DNA from: Planctomycetota bacterium
GTDB taxonomy: Bacteria > Planctomycetota > GCA-002687715 > DRQF01
Assembly: GCA_036479435.1 (NCBI GenBank)
Contig: JAZGFI010000252.1
Span: 1-64,000, forward strand
Direction: 5' to 3'
DNA length: 64,000 nt
The notes below the pieces were generated by a model, which made no database searches, was not told the DNA's origin, and worked only from the letters and a program-made list of their open reading frames with translations. Shown one piece after another: positions 28,519 through 40,455 of this stretch (within the stretch, counting starts at the first letter, position 1; each line of letters opens with the position of its first letter). The translations under genes were made by a program, and so were the position numbers.

Positions 28519-29349
28519 ATGGTCGAAGTCAAAGTTGAGCGCAGCGAGATCATCTTTCGGGTTGTCTACGTCGGCTCGCGCACCGCAACGAAGTTTGCGA
28601 ACCTGCGCGGGCTTCACGATCAGATTCGGAAACGCGGCGATGACGTCGCTGACCTCAGCGTCTTTTTTGCGGGTGGGGACCGTGTCCTCAGCTTTCGGCA
28701 TTACCCAAGCGTAGATCCGATCTATGGCCTAAAGGTCGGAATCGAAGTTTTGACGGTGCCGGGCGAGGCGCTCAGCCCGTCAAACGAAGAGCTACTTTTG
28801 GCGGCCGCCGACGCCATCGTCTATCTCGACGATCGCAGCGGGGATACACCCGAAACAAAAGACCTGGATGCACTGCTTTCGGTGCTCGAAGTCCTGGGAC
28901 AGGACCCCCGAAAGATGTCCTTCGTCATCCAGTGTTACCAGGAAACCTCAGAAGAGCGCGCTGGCCTTTATCGCGGGGTTGGCAGCCAGGACTGGAACCC
29001 CAAAGTGCGCCGAATCCCAGCCACGCCGACGGGTGCTTTGGAGCTCCTTGATGAACTCGAGTCCGACGTCTTGGAGACTTATCGGGGCTATGAGGAAGAG
29101 CTCGCCAAGGCGGGACTCAACAGCCATCTGAAAATCCGCGACCGGATCTACGAGAAAATCCCCGCCGCCCGGCCCACCCAGGGTTCTCCCGACTCACAAG
29201 GGACCGGAGAAAAGGGGACTCGGCTCGCCCGCCGTGCACGGCCGTCTGCGGAGCCGAGCTTGCGAGCCAAACGGCCCTGGACGGCCATCATCATCGGCTT
29301 GGCTGTGGTTTTGGCCATCCTTGCCGCGGCACTCGTTCAGTCGCTTTAA
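28519..29349 (+). CDS. Degenerate MglA-like small GTPase with C-terminal membrane anchor
   Basis: EIIFRVVYVG, GDRVLSF, LTVPGE, ADAIVYLDD and FVIQ parallel the MglA motifs; C-terminal TM TAIIIGLAVVLAILAAALV. Confidence 0.7.
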   Translation: MVEVKVERSEIIFRVVYVGSRTATKFANLRGLHDQIRKRGDDVADLSVFFAGGDRVLSFRHYPSVDPIYGLKVGIEVLTVPGEALSPSNEELLLAAADAIVYLDDRSGDTPETKDLDALLSVLEVLGQDPRKMSFVIQCYQETSEERAGLYRGVGSQDWNPKVRRIPATPTGALELLDELESDVLETYRGYEEELAKAGLNSHLKIRDRIYEKIPAARPTQGSPDSQGTGEKGTRLARRARPSAEPSLRAKRPWTAIIIGLAVVLAILAAALVQSL

Positions 29350-29434
29350 CTTCCTCTCGCTTGTACAACCTCTCTTCGTAGGCTCCGGGCTGGGCTCTTA
29401 TTCTCCGCGACTTTCGAGACTTCGACCTTCTCCT

Positions 29435-29463
29435 TTGGAGCCTGCGGGACCTCGGGCTATAAT
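29435..29463 (+). promoter_or_regulatory. Putative sigma70 promoter
   Basis: TTGGAG-N17-TATAAT upstream of the CDS at 29487. Confidence 0.55.
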
Positions 29464-29486
29464 GCGCGCGTCGAAAAGCTAAAGAT

Positions 29487-30536
29487 GTGATCGCAGGGGA
29501 ATTGGGCCGCTTTCAGCGGCCTTCGACGTTCCACCAACGGGAGTTGCAATCCAAAATGGCCGACCGCCGACTGGCCAATCCTGTTGTCCGTATCAAGGGC
29601 GACCTGAAGCGCACCATCTTGGGGTCCGTAGCCTTGCCCCTGGGCGCCGAATTGCAAGAGCCTGGCGCACCGCTCATTGAGGGCTACGAGAGCCGTTTTG
29701 TGGCGAGTGAAGGCCAACAAGACGATCAGTTCGATTTCCGCATTGTGCTCACCCATGAACGTGTTTCCGAAATCGCTCGCAAGCTGTTCGTGGAGCTCTT
29801 GCCGCAGCTGGTCTTTGCCACTTTCGAAGAGTTTTCCAACGACGCCTATCGCGACGTCGACAACTGGCTGTCCGAAGAACTCGTTGACAAAGAACGCCTC
29901 CTCCAAGCCTGGGACAGTTACGGGCACTTTTTCGTAGAGGACGTCCGTTGCGGCTTCGGCGGCATGAGCTACGAACCCTTGATCGAGGTTTTCGTCGAAG
30001 AACCGAGCAGTATCAATGTTGTCTGTGGGATGGACTCCAAAGAACGGGTCGAGAAAGTCATCCGTGACCTGGGCATCGAAGAGCTATCTAAAGCCGCCTT
30101 CCTCGACGGCATCGACCACACTTCACGCGACGTGATCGAAGTCTCCAAAGACGAACTCACGATGGACGACTTGGACATCAAATTTTCCATCCTCGAAAGC
30201 CTCGGCATGCAGCCGACCAATCGTGACGAAGGTGAAGTCGGCGAAGGACCCGTACTCTACTGGGTAGAAGTCGAACTCGACCTTTCCTTCGTCGCCAAGC
30301 GGCCGGCTAACGTCGCGCTGGCAAGTTTCGGCCTCACCGCCGAAGACTCTCGCGAAGCGCTCGCCACCGTTGAAACCGCCCTCATGCAGCAGGTCCCCGG
30401 CGTCCTCATCGCACGGGTCCTCCAGGTCTACCGCATCCTCGAAGAAGACGTTAGCGACGAAATCCGGCCCGAGCGCATCTCCCAGGTGAAGCGCAAAGGC
30501 ATCTGGTACCGTGGGCCCATTCAAAACTGGTACTAG
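29487..30536 (+). CDS. Hypothetical acidic protein (start may be the ATG at 29557)
   Basis: Long ORF with host-like codon usage and an upstream promoter; no motif recognised. Confidence 0.75.
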   Translation: MIAGELGRFQRPSTFHQRELQSKMADRRLANPVVRIKGDLKRTILGSVALPLGAELQEPGAPLIEGYESRFVASEGQQDDQFDFRIVLTHERVSEIARKLFVELLPQLVFATFEEFSNDAYRDVDNWLSEELVDKERLLQAWDSYGHFFVEDVRCGFGGMSYEPLIEVFVEEPSSINVVCGMDSKERVEKVIRDLGIEELSKAAFLDGIDHTSRDVIEVSKDELTMDDLDIKFSILESLGMQPTNRDEGEVGEGPVLYWVEVELDLSFVAKRPANVALASFGLTAEDSREALATVETALMQQVPGVLIARVLQVYRILEEDVSDEIRPERISQVKRKGIWYRGPIQNWY

Positions 30537-30858
30537 TGGATCGCATTGCGACCTAGCGCCCGGCTGCACCCTTCCAGCCAGCCGAGGCTGCGCACGACCT
30601 TGAAATTGCCGTCCAGAACGGATGACCACGTGGCTGGCGTCCCAGGCGCAGCTTGCAGCTTCAAATTGAAACAGATATTCACGAGAGTCGCCGCCATGGC
30701 TGGTTGCGGTGATGAGGCCCAACAATGTGATGGTGAAAATGTTCAAGACAATCTCCCGAGGAAACTCTGGGGCTCAAGGCCTCCAGGGTTGGAGATTCGG
30801 GTGATCGGTCTAAGTTCAGAAAAAGTCGTCGGTTTCTTCGCCTGCCGAAGGGGCTTTT

Positions 30859-32822
<1,964 letters not shown>

Positions 32823-32912
32823 TCAGCGCCGGGCCACCTGCTAAGGGTGCCCGGACGAAAACGGCAAGATTGTCAAGGCGCCAAGCTGTCAAGCTTGGCT
32901 TCATCTCAGCCC

Positions 32913-33671
32913 TCAGGCTTGGCGTTTAGCCCATCGACGCGCAAAGGCCGCAAGGTCTTTTGGCGTGTCGATTCCCGGTGGAGCTTCCGCCACCAAGACC
33001 ACGCCAATCGTCATCCCCGCCTGCAATGCCCGCAATTGTTCCAAACGCTCCGTCCGCTCCAAAGCTGAAGGAGGCCGGGAGACGAAATCAAAAAGAGCGG
33101 AACGGCGATAGGCGTAAAGGCCGATGTGTCCGAGGCCCCATTCTGCACGTTCCCGCGACATTGCCGTGTCAGCGCCGTCGCGGCGTTGAAACGGGATCGG
33201 GGCCCGACTGAAGTAAAGCGCTCGGCCATTGTCGTCTAGGACGACTTTGACGCGATTTGGGTCCAAGAACTCGGCTTTTGAGCCGAGACTCGAGGCCGCC
33301 GTGGCCAAGTCCAGGTTAGCGTCTTTGGCCAAGAGATTCACGACCGCATCGATGGCCTTGGGGGCAATTTCCGGCTCGTCGCCCTGAACATTGACGGCGA
33401 TGTCGAAATCTCGGTCTCGGAGGGCCGCCGCGATCCGGTCGCTGCCGCTGGGCAGCTCTGGATCGGTCAAAACGGCGGTCGCTCCGGCCGCTCGCGCCGC
33501 TTCGGCGATCGTCTCCGCGTCCGTGGCCACGATGAGCTCGTCGAGCGACTGCGCCCGACGAGCGTTTTCGATGACATGGGCGATCAGAGGCCGCCCGCCC
33601 ACCGGCGCCAGGGGTTTGTCCGGCAGTCGGCTGGAAGCGAGGCGGGCCGGGATCACCCCCAGAACCTTCAA
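32913..33671 (-). CDS. kdsB: 3-deoxy-manno-octulosonate cytidylyltransferase
   Basis: VIPARLASSRLPDKPL, SGSDRI, NVQGDEP, ALYFSRAPIP, ERLEQLRAL. Confidence 0.96.
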   Translation of the reverse strand: MKVLGVIPARLASSRLPDKPLAPVGGRPLIAHVIENARRAQSLDELIVATDAETIAEAARAAGATAVLTDPELPSGSDRIAAALRDRDFDIAVNVQGDEPEIAPKAIDAVVNLLAKDANLDLATAASSLGSKAEFLDPNRVKVVLDDNGRALYFSRAPIPFQRRDGADTAMSRERAEWGLGHIGLYAYRRSALFDFVSRPPSALERTERLEQLRALQAGMTIGVVLVAEAPPGIDTPKDLAAFARRWAKRQA

Positions 33672-34339
33672 CGGTTGGCGCCACGCAGTCGGCGTGAGGG
33701 CTTTGGAACCGTGAACTGATTCGGGTTTGAGCGTCCGCGCATCACGGGACTCGGCAACTCAACTTGGGAGTTAGCTTGGTGCCATCTTGCGACCAAAGTC
33801 TTCAGGTTGACGTAAATCTGCAGCTTCTTTGCCTTTACGGGATCGTTGTTGGGGCGAATTCCCACGTACTTGATCAAGCTGCCGTTGTTCTCAACGAGGA
33901 TAATGCCTTTGAAATCCGGGATATCCCCCGGGCCCGTGCGCAGGTAACGAAAGTCCTCGCGGCTCGCGGGTTGCCGGATGACCTTGGCGTTTTCGCTTGC
34001 CATGGATTTCAGCAAGGCGTCGATCTGGCGATCGCTTAGGACTTTGTATCCCTGCCCTTTAATGCCGAGTGCCAGTCTTTGGCGGCCTTTCAAGGACTCG
34101 CGCAACTGGTGATCGTGGTTCACCAAGATCATGGTGGTACGCGTGATGGGCTGATAGAGGATGATTCGCGCGTTTCGGATAGTGCCAAAGACCGCTTCCG
34201 CGTTGGGGTCGAGACCCTCAAAATTGCTGTTGCCACTCGTGCCGCCGTTGCCGACGCTCGAGCTATTCCGAGCGCTACTGCCGCAGCCCGGAATGAGGGA
34301 AAGAACGATGCCGAGAGTCGCAAGCAGGGCCAACTTCAT
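33668..34339 (-). CDS. Hypothetical lipoprotein
   Basis: MKLALLATLGIVLSLIPG-C lipobox-like signal; AAGGAG RBS. Confidence 0.75.
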   Translation of the reverse strand: MKLALLATLGIVLSLIPGCGSSARNSSSVGNGGTSGNSNFEGLDPNAEAVFGTIRNARIILYQPITRTTMILVNHDHQLRESLKGRQRLALGIKGQGYKVLSDRQIDALLKSMASENAKVIRQPASREDFRYLRTGPGDIPDFKGIILVENNGSLIKYVGIRPNNDPVKAKKLQIYVNLKTLVARWHQANSQVELPSPVMRGRSNPNQFTVPKPSRRLRGANR

Positions 34340-34809
34340 TCAAGTTCTCCTTTAGGTATCCCACGACTCTAAAAACGACAGACCGCGAATCAAGCGAAGC
34401 GGATTTCTCCTCTCAGTTTCTCAGCTTCTGTTTTGCTCCAATTTGTCCCCCAGGGTAGGATAATCGGCGTGGTAAAGGAGTTGGGAACGGCAGTCTCTGG
34501 GGATTCGCCTTAGGGCCACACCCCGCGATAGGGATTGCCGTGCGGTCAGTATCTTTTTTAGATTTGCTCCGCCCCCCATGCGCCGTGTTCTTTGGTCCTC
34601 GACCGAAAGTCCGCGACCAGCTCGTTGAGAGCTGCTCCAAACGTCACATACGAACCTTGATTTGAGCTTGAGGAGTCGCGGTTGGCTTCTCGAGATTTTG
34701 CCCATCCCCCCAAAGGGGTGCCACTTAGATCGAGGATGAACCATCGCCTGCAAAACGGGTGCGAAGCTGGGCGGCTTCACCGTTTTGATCGGGCTAGGGA
34801 GGGATCGCC

Positions 34810-35811
34810 ATGGGAACCATGGAGAAGGCGGGTATTGCCGTCGTCGGCGTCCTCATCTTGATCATCATCGTCGTTGGACTCGTGAATAAAAACACCGAGC
34901 CCGAGGAGACGAAGAACAAGACGACAGTCGCCAGCAATGAGTCGAAGTCAAAGTCGACAGATTCGAATTCGAGATCTAAAAAAGGAACTAAGTCCTCGCG
35001 CGAAGGGCTCAACCGAAACCTCGACGTCAAGGGTGGTCGTGGTGTCGCCGAGACTTTCCGGGGTAACGAACGAGGCGGCACCCCCGGCAAATTTATCAAG
35101 ACTGGTAAGGGCACGAGCAAGGCCGATAGGTCCGGTGCCGGTATCAAGATCGACACCGACGCGCCCCGGAACTCCAAGTTCGGTCGCGATAGTGGTGGCG
35201 CTCGCAACCAAAATCAAAACCGAATCGCCGCTGGCCGCGGCAAGAAACCAAACGCTGGCAAGACACCGGAGCCGCGAGCTTCCTCGGTCCGCGAGCATGT
35301 CGTCCAAAACGGCGAAGACATGACGCGTATCGCCAAGAAGTACTACGGCAAGTCCAGTCTTTATTGGCTGATCCAACGCGCAAATCCTCAAGTCAATCCG
35401 CGCAGCATGAAGGAAGGCGACAAACTCGTCATTCCCGATCTGGAGGTTGCTCGCGCAACTCGCGCTGGCAAGGCCAATGTGAGCAAGACCGAGGCCAAAA
35501 ACAGCGGCGACGGCCCGGCGCGTCTCGTCTCGGCGCCGCGACCGAGTTTCATTCCCGACAGCTACATCAAAAACTACAGCTCAAAGTCAACGAAATCCGC
35601 CAAGCCGGCGGCCGTTTCGTCGAAGGTGACCTACAAAAAGGGCGACAAGGCCTATACGGTGCGCCCGAACGACAGCCTCGGCACGGTCGCAAAAAAGACC
35701 ATGGGTTCGGCCCGTCATGCCGGCGCGATCTTCAAGGCGAATCGCAAACTGATGAAGAGCCCAGACAAACTTCAAATTGGCTGGGTATTGACGATCCCTG
35801 CTATCGACTGA
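34810..35811 (+). CDS. Membrane-anchored protein with two LysM domains
   Basis: N-terminal TM; HVVQNGEDMTRIAKKYYG...IQRANP and YTVRPNDSLGTVAKK...IFKAN...LQIGWVLTIP. Confidence 0.92.
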   Translation: MGTMEKAGIAVVGVLILIIIVVGLVNKNTEPEETKNKTTVASNESKSKSTDSNSRSKKGTKSSREGLNRNLDVKGGRGVAETFRGNERGGTPGKFIKTGKGTSKADRSGAGIKIDTDAPRNSKFGRDSGGARNQNQNRIAAGRGKKPNAGKTPEPRASSVREHVVQNGEDMTRIAKKYYGKSSLYWLIQRANPQVNPRSMKEGDKLVIPDLEVARATRAGKANVSKTEAKNSGDGPARLVSAPRPSFIPDSYIKNYSSKSTKSAKPAAVSSKVTYKKGDKAYTVRPNDSLGTVAKKTMGSARHAGAIFKANRKLMKSPDKLQIGWVLTIPAID

Positions 35812-35882
35812 GAAGGGGGAGAAGGAGCGCCAAGAAGGAGGCGCTTCTTCGGAGACGGGACCTTTCCTTGCGGAAAGTCTCT

Positions 35883-35916
35883 AGGAGGTGCCGAGGCAAG
35901 CGGCACCTCCTTTTCT
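35883..35916 (+). terminator. Rho-independent terminator of the LysM gene
   Basis: AGGAGGTGCCG-N7-CGGCACCTCCT followed by TTTCT. Confidence 0.75.
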
Positions 35917-35918
35917 AT

Positions 35919-36115
35919 GGATTCGCGTCAGGCAGCACTTTTTGCGGCCAGCGGGCCGAGATGCCGCCTGCTCTGCGTTGCTCGGGGCTCGACGACGCGG
36001 GGCGTCGCCGAAGCCCTCGCGCCTTGATCAGACGGCATCTCGGCGCGCTGGCCGCGGAGCCCCCCGTCCGGGGGGGGGGCTCCGCTCCGCAAAAATTACT
36101 GCCTGAAGCGAATCC
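35919..36115. mobile_element. Non-coding nested-palindrome element (MITE/REPIN-like)
   Basis: Outer IR 35919-35947 / 36087-36115 (26/29 matches); inner IR 35944-35970 / 36029-36055 (25/27); GC side hairpin 36055-36084. Confidence 0.65.
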
Positions 36116-36333
36116 CGGGGCAGAACGGCAGCCAATACAGGGAACGGCGAAGCAAAGACGATGGGGAAGGCAAGGAACCAAGGGCAGTGCAGGGAAGCAA
36201 GAACTTTGGGGAATGCAGAGGAGCGAGAATCTTGCGGTCGCCAGCCGACATAGGAACGAAAGTCGCTTTCGTCTTGCTGCTAATGAAGGGCAAGGGTGGT
36301 GTTTTTCGTCTGACGCAAACGTTGCGGGTTTGC

Positions 36334-38967
36334 TTAGTCGAGGGAGCGGGCGGGGCGGATGCCGAGGTAGTACTGGCGGGTGGTGGCGGGGTGCCAGGCG
36401 CGGGAGGAGACACGGAGGTTGGCGATGGTGTTGATGAAGGCTCCGCCGCGGCAGGGGCGGTATTTTTTGCCGACCAGGCCCTCGCACCATTCCCAGACGT
36501 TGCCGAGAAGGCCGTAGAGGCCGAAGGAGTTGGGGCGGTAATGGTTGGCGGGAGCGTGGGTGGCGTAGCCGTCGTCGAGGTCGGCTTCGATGTGGCGGTA
36601 GAGGCCCTTCAGGCTGACGTCGGCGCAGTTTCCGTAGTGCGGGATTTCGAGGCGGGGGATGCCTTGGAGGTATTGGGTTTCGGATTGGCCGGCCCGGGCG
36701 GCGTATTCCCACTCTTCTTCGTCGGGCATGCGCAGGGCAATTTGGCCAAGGGCTTCGCGAGCGGTGTTCCAGGTGACGTTTTCGACGGGATGTAAGTCGG
36801 TGATCTTGGCGGTTTGGGTGCTGACGCTGTAGTTCGGGTAATAGGTGCTCAAGTTTGGACGCCGAATTCGAACCCACTGCGCCTGCGTCATTTCGTATTT
36901 GGCGAAGAAGAATGGATGCGCTTGGTAAGAGCGCATCGGGCCTTCGCGGTCGGCGGCGTCTTGGGAGTAGCCGGGGGCCTCGGGGTTAATCGACTGCGCT
37001 CCGAGCTGGCATGACGAAGGCGGCAGGAGCACCAAGATGATGCCGCAGTCGGAGTCAAAAGGCAGTCGACCTTCGGAATCGCGACGCGGGATTTCGCCCT
37101 CATGGCTGGCTAAGTGCAGGAATTCTTCGAGGCCGGATGTGGAGTCTGCCCCCAAGGGTACGAGCCCAAGTTGAGGCCCGATGACCAATCCTTCGTAGCT
37201 CTCAGAATGTGAAATGCGCGCGCTCGCGTCGGCCCATTTTTTTTGCGCGGCAGAGGACGAGCTGAAGTCTTCGATGGTTGAGGAGGCCTCTTTGCGCCAG
37301 CGAATTGAGGCTTCCAAGCCTTCGTTGGCCGTGGTGACTCGCTTAAGACGATTCACCAATGACTGAAGCGCATCGTGCCGAAACTGCGTTTCGAGGTCGC
37401 CCGGAAAACTCCAAGAGCTAGATTCGCCTGGCAGTTCCTTGGCTTCGACCTTCGCGTGCTTGCGTAACTGCGATAGCGCGTGACGGTGGGCGGCGAGGCG
37501 ACCAAAAAGCGGGCGATGTTTGGCTTCCCAATCCTCGATGAGCGGGATGAGCTCGGGCGCAATGGGCCAAAGCCTTTTGGCGTCTTCTTCTGCTTGATCG
37601 AGGCGCCGCACGTCGGCCATACGTCCCCACTCTGCAAGGAGCCGATCTCGTTCGACGATGGCCGCGTCTTTTTGGACGTTCGCGACGCGCGCGGCCCTAA
37701 GGCTGCTTTGAGCTTCGTTTCGGCGTTGGTCGAGGCTGCGGTTCTGCATCCAGAGGATGAGGGCGGCGCTGGTCAGGGCCAAGAACAAAGCACCGAGGAG
37801 GGCCACGGTGGTTGGGTTGCGTTGCGCAAACCGTCCGAGCTTAAGCCAGGGCCCCGCGCTGCGCGCGCGAATCGGCAGATGGCGACGAAAACGATCGAGT
37901 TCTTCGGCGAGGTCCAGGGCGGTGGCGTAGCGATGGCTGGAATTCTCGGCGATCGCGGTCATCACGATGATCTCGAGATCTTTGGGCAGGTCGGGCCGGA
38001 GCTGGCGAAGGTTGCGTGGCTGCCCGCGGAGGATGGCGCGGTAAAGACCTTCGCGCGTGGGGGCCGAAAAGGGGCGCCGGAGGGTGATCGCTTCGAACAG
38101 GGTTACGCCGAGGGAATAGACGTCGGTGCGGCGGTCGACGGCCTTGGCCCCGCCGGAAATCTGCTCCGGGGACATGTAGGCCGGTGTTCCCAAGATGGCA
38201 TCCGACAGGGTCAAGGTTTCACCTTGACTCTCGTCGTCGCGAGCCAATCCGAAGTCAAGGATGACGGCTTCGCTTTGCTCGGTGACCATGATGTTGCCGG
38301 GCTTGATATCGCGGTGGATGAGGCCAACTTCGTGAGCGGCATGAAGCGCGCGAGCGGTCTGTCCAAAGAAAGTCGCGAGCTGACGAAAGCCGTCATGATG
38401 GGAGTGACGGGGAGGCGGAGACTGCGTGGTGCTTTGGCTCGGGTCCGAAACGGACTCATTTTTGGGCTTGCTGAACAAAGACGAATGCGCGGTTGACGTC
38501 GACTCTGAGAAGTCGTCGCCGCCTTCAACTTTTCTCAGTTCCCGGATCTTTTGGTCGAGAGCTTGGCCCGAAATGAGCTGCATCACGATGTAAGAATAGG
38601 GTCCCTCTTGGCCAACCTCATAAACGGTACAAAGACCGGGGTGCTCGAGTTTCGAAGAAACCTCGGCTTCGCGCGCAAAGCGTTTGCGCGCGGCGGGGCG
38701 CAAAAGATTGGGAGCGCTGAGAACTTTGATGGCAACGCGTCGCGGCAAGCTCTCGTCTTGGGCTTCGTAGACCGTGCCTTGCCCTCCGTCACCGATGCGG
38801 CGCAGAAGACGGTAGCGTCCCAGGTGACGCCCTTTGAGATCGGAGGCGACCAGGGGATCAACGTCGCCACCTGAATCCACCGTGACGCCGTCTTCGAGGG
38901 AGTTCTTTTGCGGATCGGGGTCCCGCTGCGTCGAGTCCCCGCTCATTTCGCCTGAGCCCTTGGTCAT
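36334..38967 (-). CDS. Ser/Thr kinase - TM - formylglycine-generating enzyme (SUMF1)-like fusion
   Basis: [34 protein letters not shown]-terminal [39 protein letters not shown]. Confidence 0.92.
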   Translation of the reverse strand: MTKGSGEMSGDSTQRDPDPQKNSLEDGVTVDSGGDVDPLVASDLKGRHLGRYRLLRRIGDGGQGTVYEAQDESLPRRVAIKVLSAPNLLRPAARKRFAREAEVSSKLEHPGLCTVYEVGQEGPYSYIVMQLISGQALDQKIRELRKVEGGDDFSESTSTAHSSLFSKPKNESVSDPSQSTTQSPPPRHSHHDGFRQLATFFGQTARALHAAHEVGLIHRDIKPGNIMVTEQSEAVILDFGLARDDESQGETLTLSDAILGTPAYMSPEQISGGAKAVDRRTDVYSLGVTLFEAITLRRPFSAPTREGLYRAILRGQPRNLRQLRPDLPKDLEIIVMTAIAENSSHRYATALDLAEELDRFRRHLPIRARSAGPWLKLGRFAQRNPTTVALLGALFLALTSAALILWMQNRSLDQRRNEAQSSLRAARVANVQKDAAIVERDRLLAEWGRMADVRRLDQAEEDAKRLWPIAPELIPLIEDWEAKHRPLFGRLAAHRHALSQLRKHAKVEAKELPGESSSWSFPGDLETQFRHDALQSLVNRLKRVTTANEGLEASIRWRKEASSTIEDFSSSSAAQKKWADASARISHSESYEGLVIGPQLGLVPLGADSTSGLEEFLHLASHEGEIPRRDSEGRLPFDSDCGIILVLLPPSSCQLGAQSINPEAPGYSQDAADREGPMRSYQAHPFFFAKYEMTQAQWVRIRRPNLSTYYPNYSVSTQTAKITDLHPVENVTWNTAREALGQIALRMPDEEEWEYAARAGQSETQYLQGIPRLEIPHYGNCADVSLKGLYRHIEADLDDGYATHAPANHYRPNSFGLYGLLGNVWEWCEGLVGKKYRPCRGGAFINTIANLRVSSRAWHPATTRQYYLGIRPARSLD

Positions 38968-40313
38968 TTTAGGCTGTAGCGGTCGAGTTTCTTGTAGAGA
39001 TTGCTGCGCTGCATGCCGAGATTTTCAGCCGTGCGCTTGATGTTCCAGTCGTTCTCATCGAGTTTCTTTTGCAAATAGAGCTTTTCACTGGTCGCTTTGA
39101 ACTCTTCGAAAGTCGCACAATCAAAGACGCTCTCATGGTAGACCTTCGCCGGGTTCGTTGACAGTTTTGCGAGGTCCGGGGCGTCGATCTCATCGGCGCT
39201 CACCAACAAGACGGCTCGCTCGGTGAAGTTTCGCAACTCGCGGACGTTGCCCGGCCAGCGGTGCTGCCTGAGTTCAGTGAGGGCGGCGGCGCTAAAGGTC
39301 TTTTTCGCTAGATTGTACTTGGAGCAGAACTCTTCGGTGAACTTCTCAAGGAGTAAGGGCAGGTCATCGTTGCGCTCGCGCAAGGGCGCGATGTGAATCG
39401 GGATGACGTTGAGGCGGTAGAGAAGATCCTCTCGAAACAGCCCTTCGGCCACGGCCTCCTGAAGGTCTTTGTTAGTGGCAGCAACGACCCGTACATCGAC
39501 TTTGATGGAGTCTTTGCCGCCCAAGCGTTGGACCTCACTGGTCTCGAGCACGCGGAGAACTTTTGCCTGCGCTGCGAGGTCCATGTCGCCGATTTCATCG
39601 AGAAAAAGACTGCCTTTGTCGGCCTGTTCAAGCCGTCCCATCTTGTCGGAGTCAGCCCCGGAGAACGCTCCTTTGCGGTAGCCGAAGAGCTCGCTTTCGA
39701 TCAGTTCGCGCGGTAGCGCGGCACAGTTCAGATCGACGAAAGCCCCGGCGCTGCGATTTGATAGATGGTGGAGGTTGCGGGCGACCAGCTCTTTGCCGGT
39801 GCCGTTTTCGCCGGTGATGAGGACGCGAGCGTCGGTCGCCGCGATGCGCTCGATCGTTGAGCGCAGCTCCTTCATCGTCGTTGAGTCCCCGAGGATGCGC
39901 CATTTGTCGAGCAGCTCGGTTTTGAGTTTGCGGACGTCGCTGCGCAATTCCGTCGATTCGGCGGCGTTGGCGACCGTCAGTAGGACGCGGTCTTGGTCGA
40001 GTGGCTTCTCCAAAAAGTTGAAGGCACCGAGTTTCGTGGCTTCGACGGCGGTGTCGATGGTGCTGTGGCCGGAAATCATGATGACCTTCATCTGGGGATG
40101 AAGACGTTTTATTTCGGCGAGAACTTCGAGCCCATCCATCTGGGGCATCTTGACATCACAGAGGACGACGTCGATGCTCGGCTCTAACGCTAAAGTGGCG
40201 AGGCCACTTTTTCCGTTCGGGGCCTCGATTGTCTCGTGGCGTGCGTAACGCAGAATCATGGCGACCGAGTCGCGAACGGACTCCTCGTCGTCAATGATCA
40301 AAACTTTGGCCAT
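38964..40313 (-). CDS. Sigma54-dependent response regulator (NtrC/NtrX family)
   Basis: Receiver [40 protein letters not shown], Fis-type HTH. Confidence 0.95.
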   Translation of the reverse strand: MAKVLIIDDEESVRDSVAMILRYARHETIEAPNGKSGLATLALEPSIDVVLCDVKMPQMDGLEVLAEIKRLHPQMKVIMISGHSTIDTAVEATKLGAFNFLEKPLDQDRVLLTVANAAESTELRSDVRKLKTELLDKWRILGDSTTMKELRSTIERIAATDARVLITGENGTGKELVARNLHHLSNRSAGAFVDLNCAALPRELIESELFGYRKGAFSGADSDKMGRLEQADKGSLFLDEIGDMDLAAQAKVLRVLETSEVQRLGGKDSIKVDVRVVAATNKDLQEAVAEGLFREDLLYRLNVIPIHIAPLRERNDDLPLLLEKFTEEFCSKYNLAKKTFSAAALTELRQHRWPGNVRELRNFTERAVLLVSADEIDAPDLAKLSTNPAKVYHESVFDCATFEEFKATSEKLYLQKKLDENDWNIKRTAENLGMQRSNLYKKLDRYSLK

Positions 40314-40455
40314 TCGGGATCTCCTTGGCCGCAGTCTAACAGGCCATGGCCTGGGTGGGCCTGCGCTTTTGAACTAAGAAGACGCTCGGAGTCCGGCCGG
40401 GTTCAAGCCGATGTGCCGGAACCGACACTTAACCCTCCTGCAAGGAGAGCAGACC

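Noticed and set aside
30537..30760. ORF 30123-30746 (-) beginning with a signal-peptide-like MNIFTITLLGLITATSHG
   Set aside because: Only about 65 codons lie outside the convergent + strand gene and the rest is antisense shadow; at most a gene remnant that I cannot assign.
34470..34800. c-di-AMP (ydaO) riboswitch ahead of the LysM gene
   Set aside because: The diagnostic GCTGAATCC and CCCGTCAGCTAAC motifs are absent.
36116..36330. Purine-rich stretch with loose AGGCA/AGGAA-like units
   Set aside because: No consistent period or unit; treated as low-complexity spacer.
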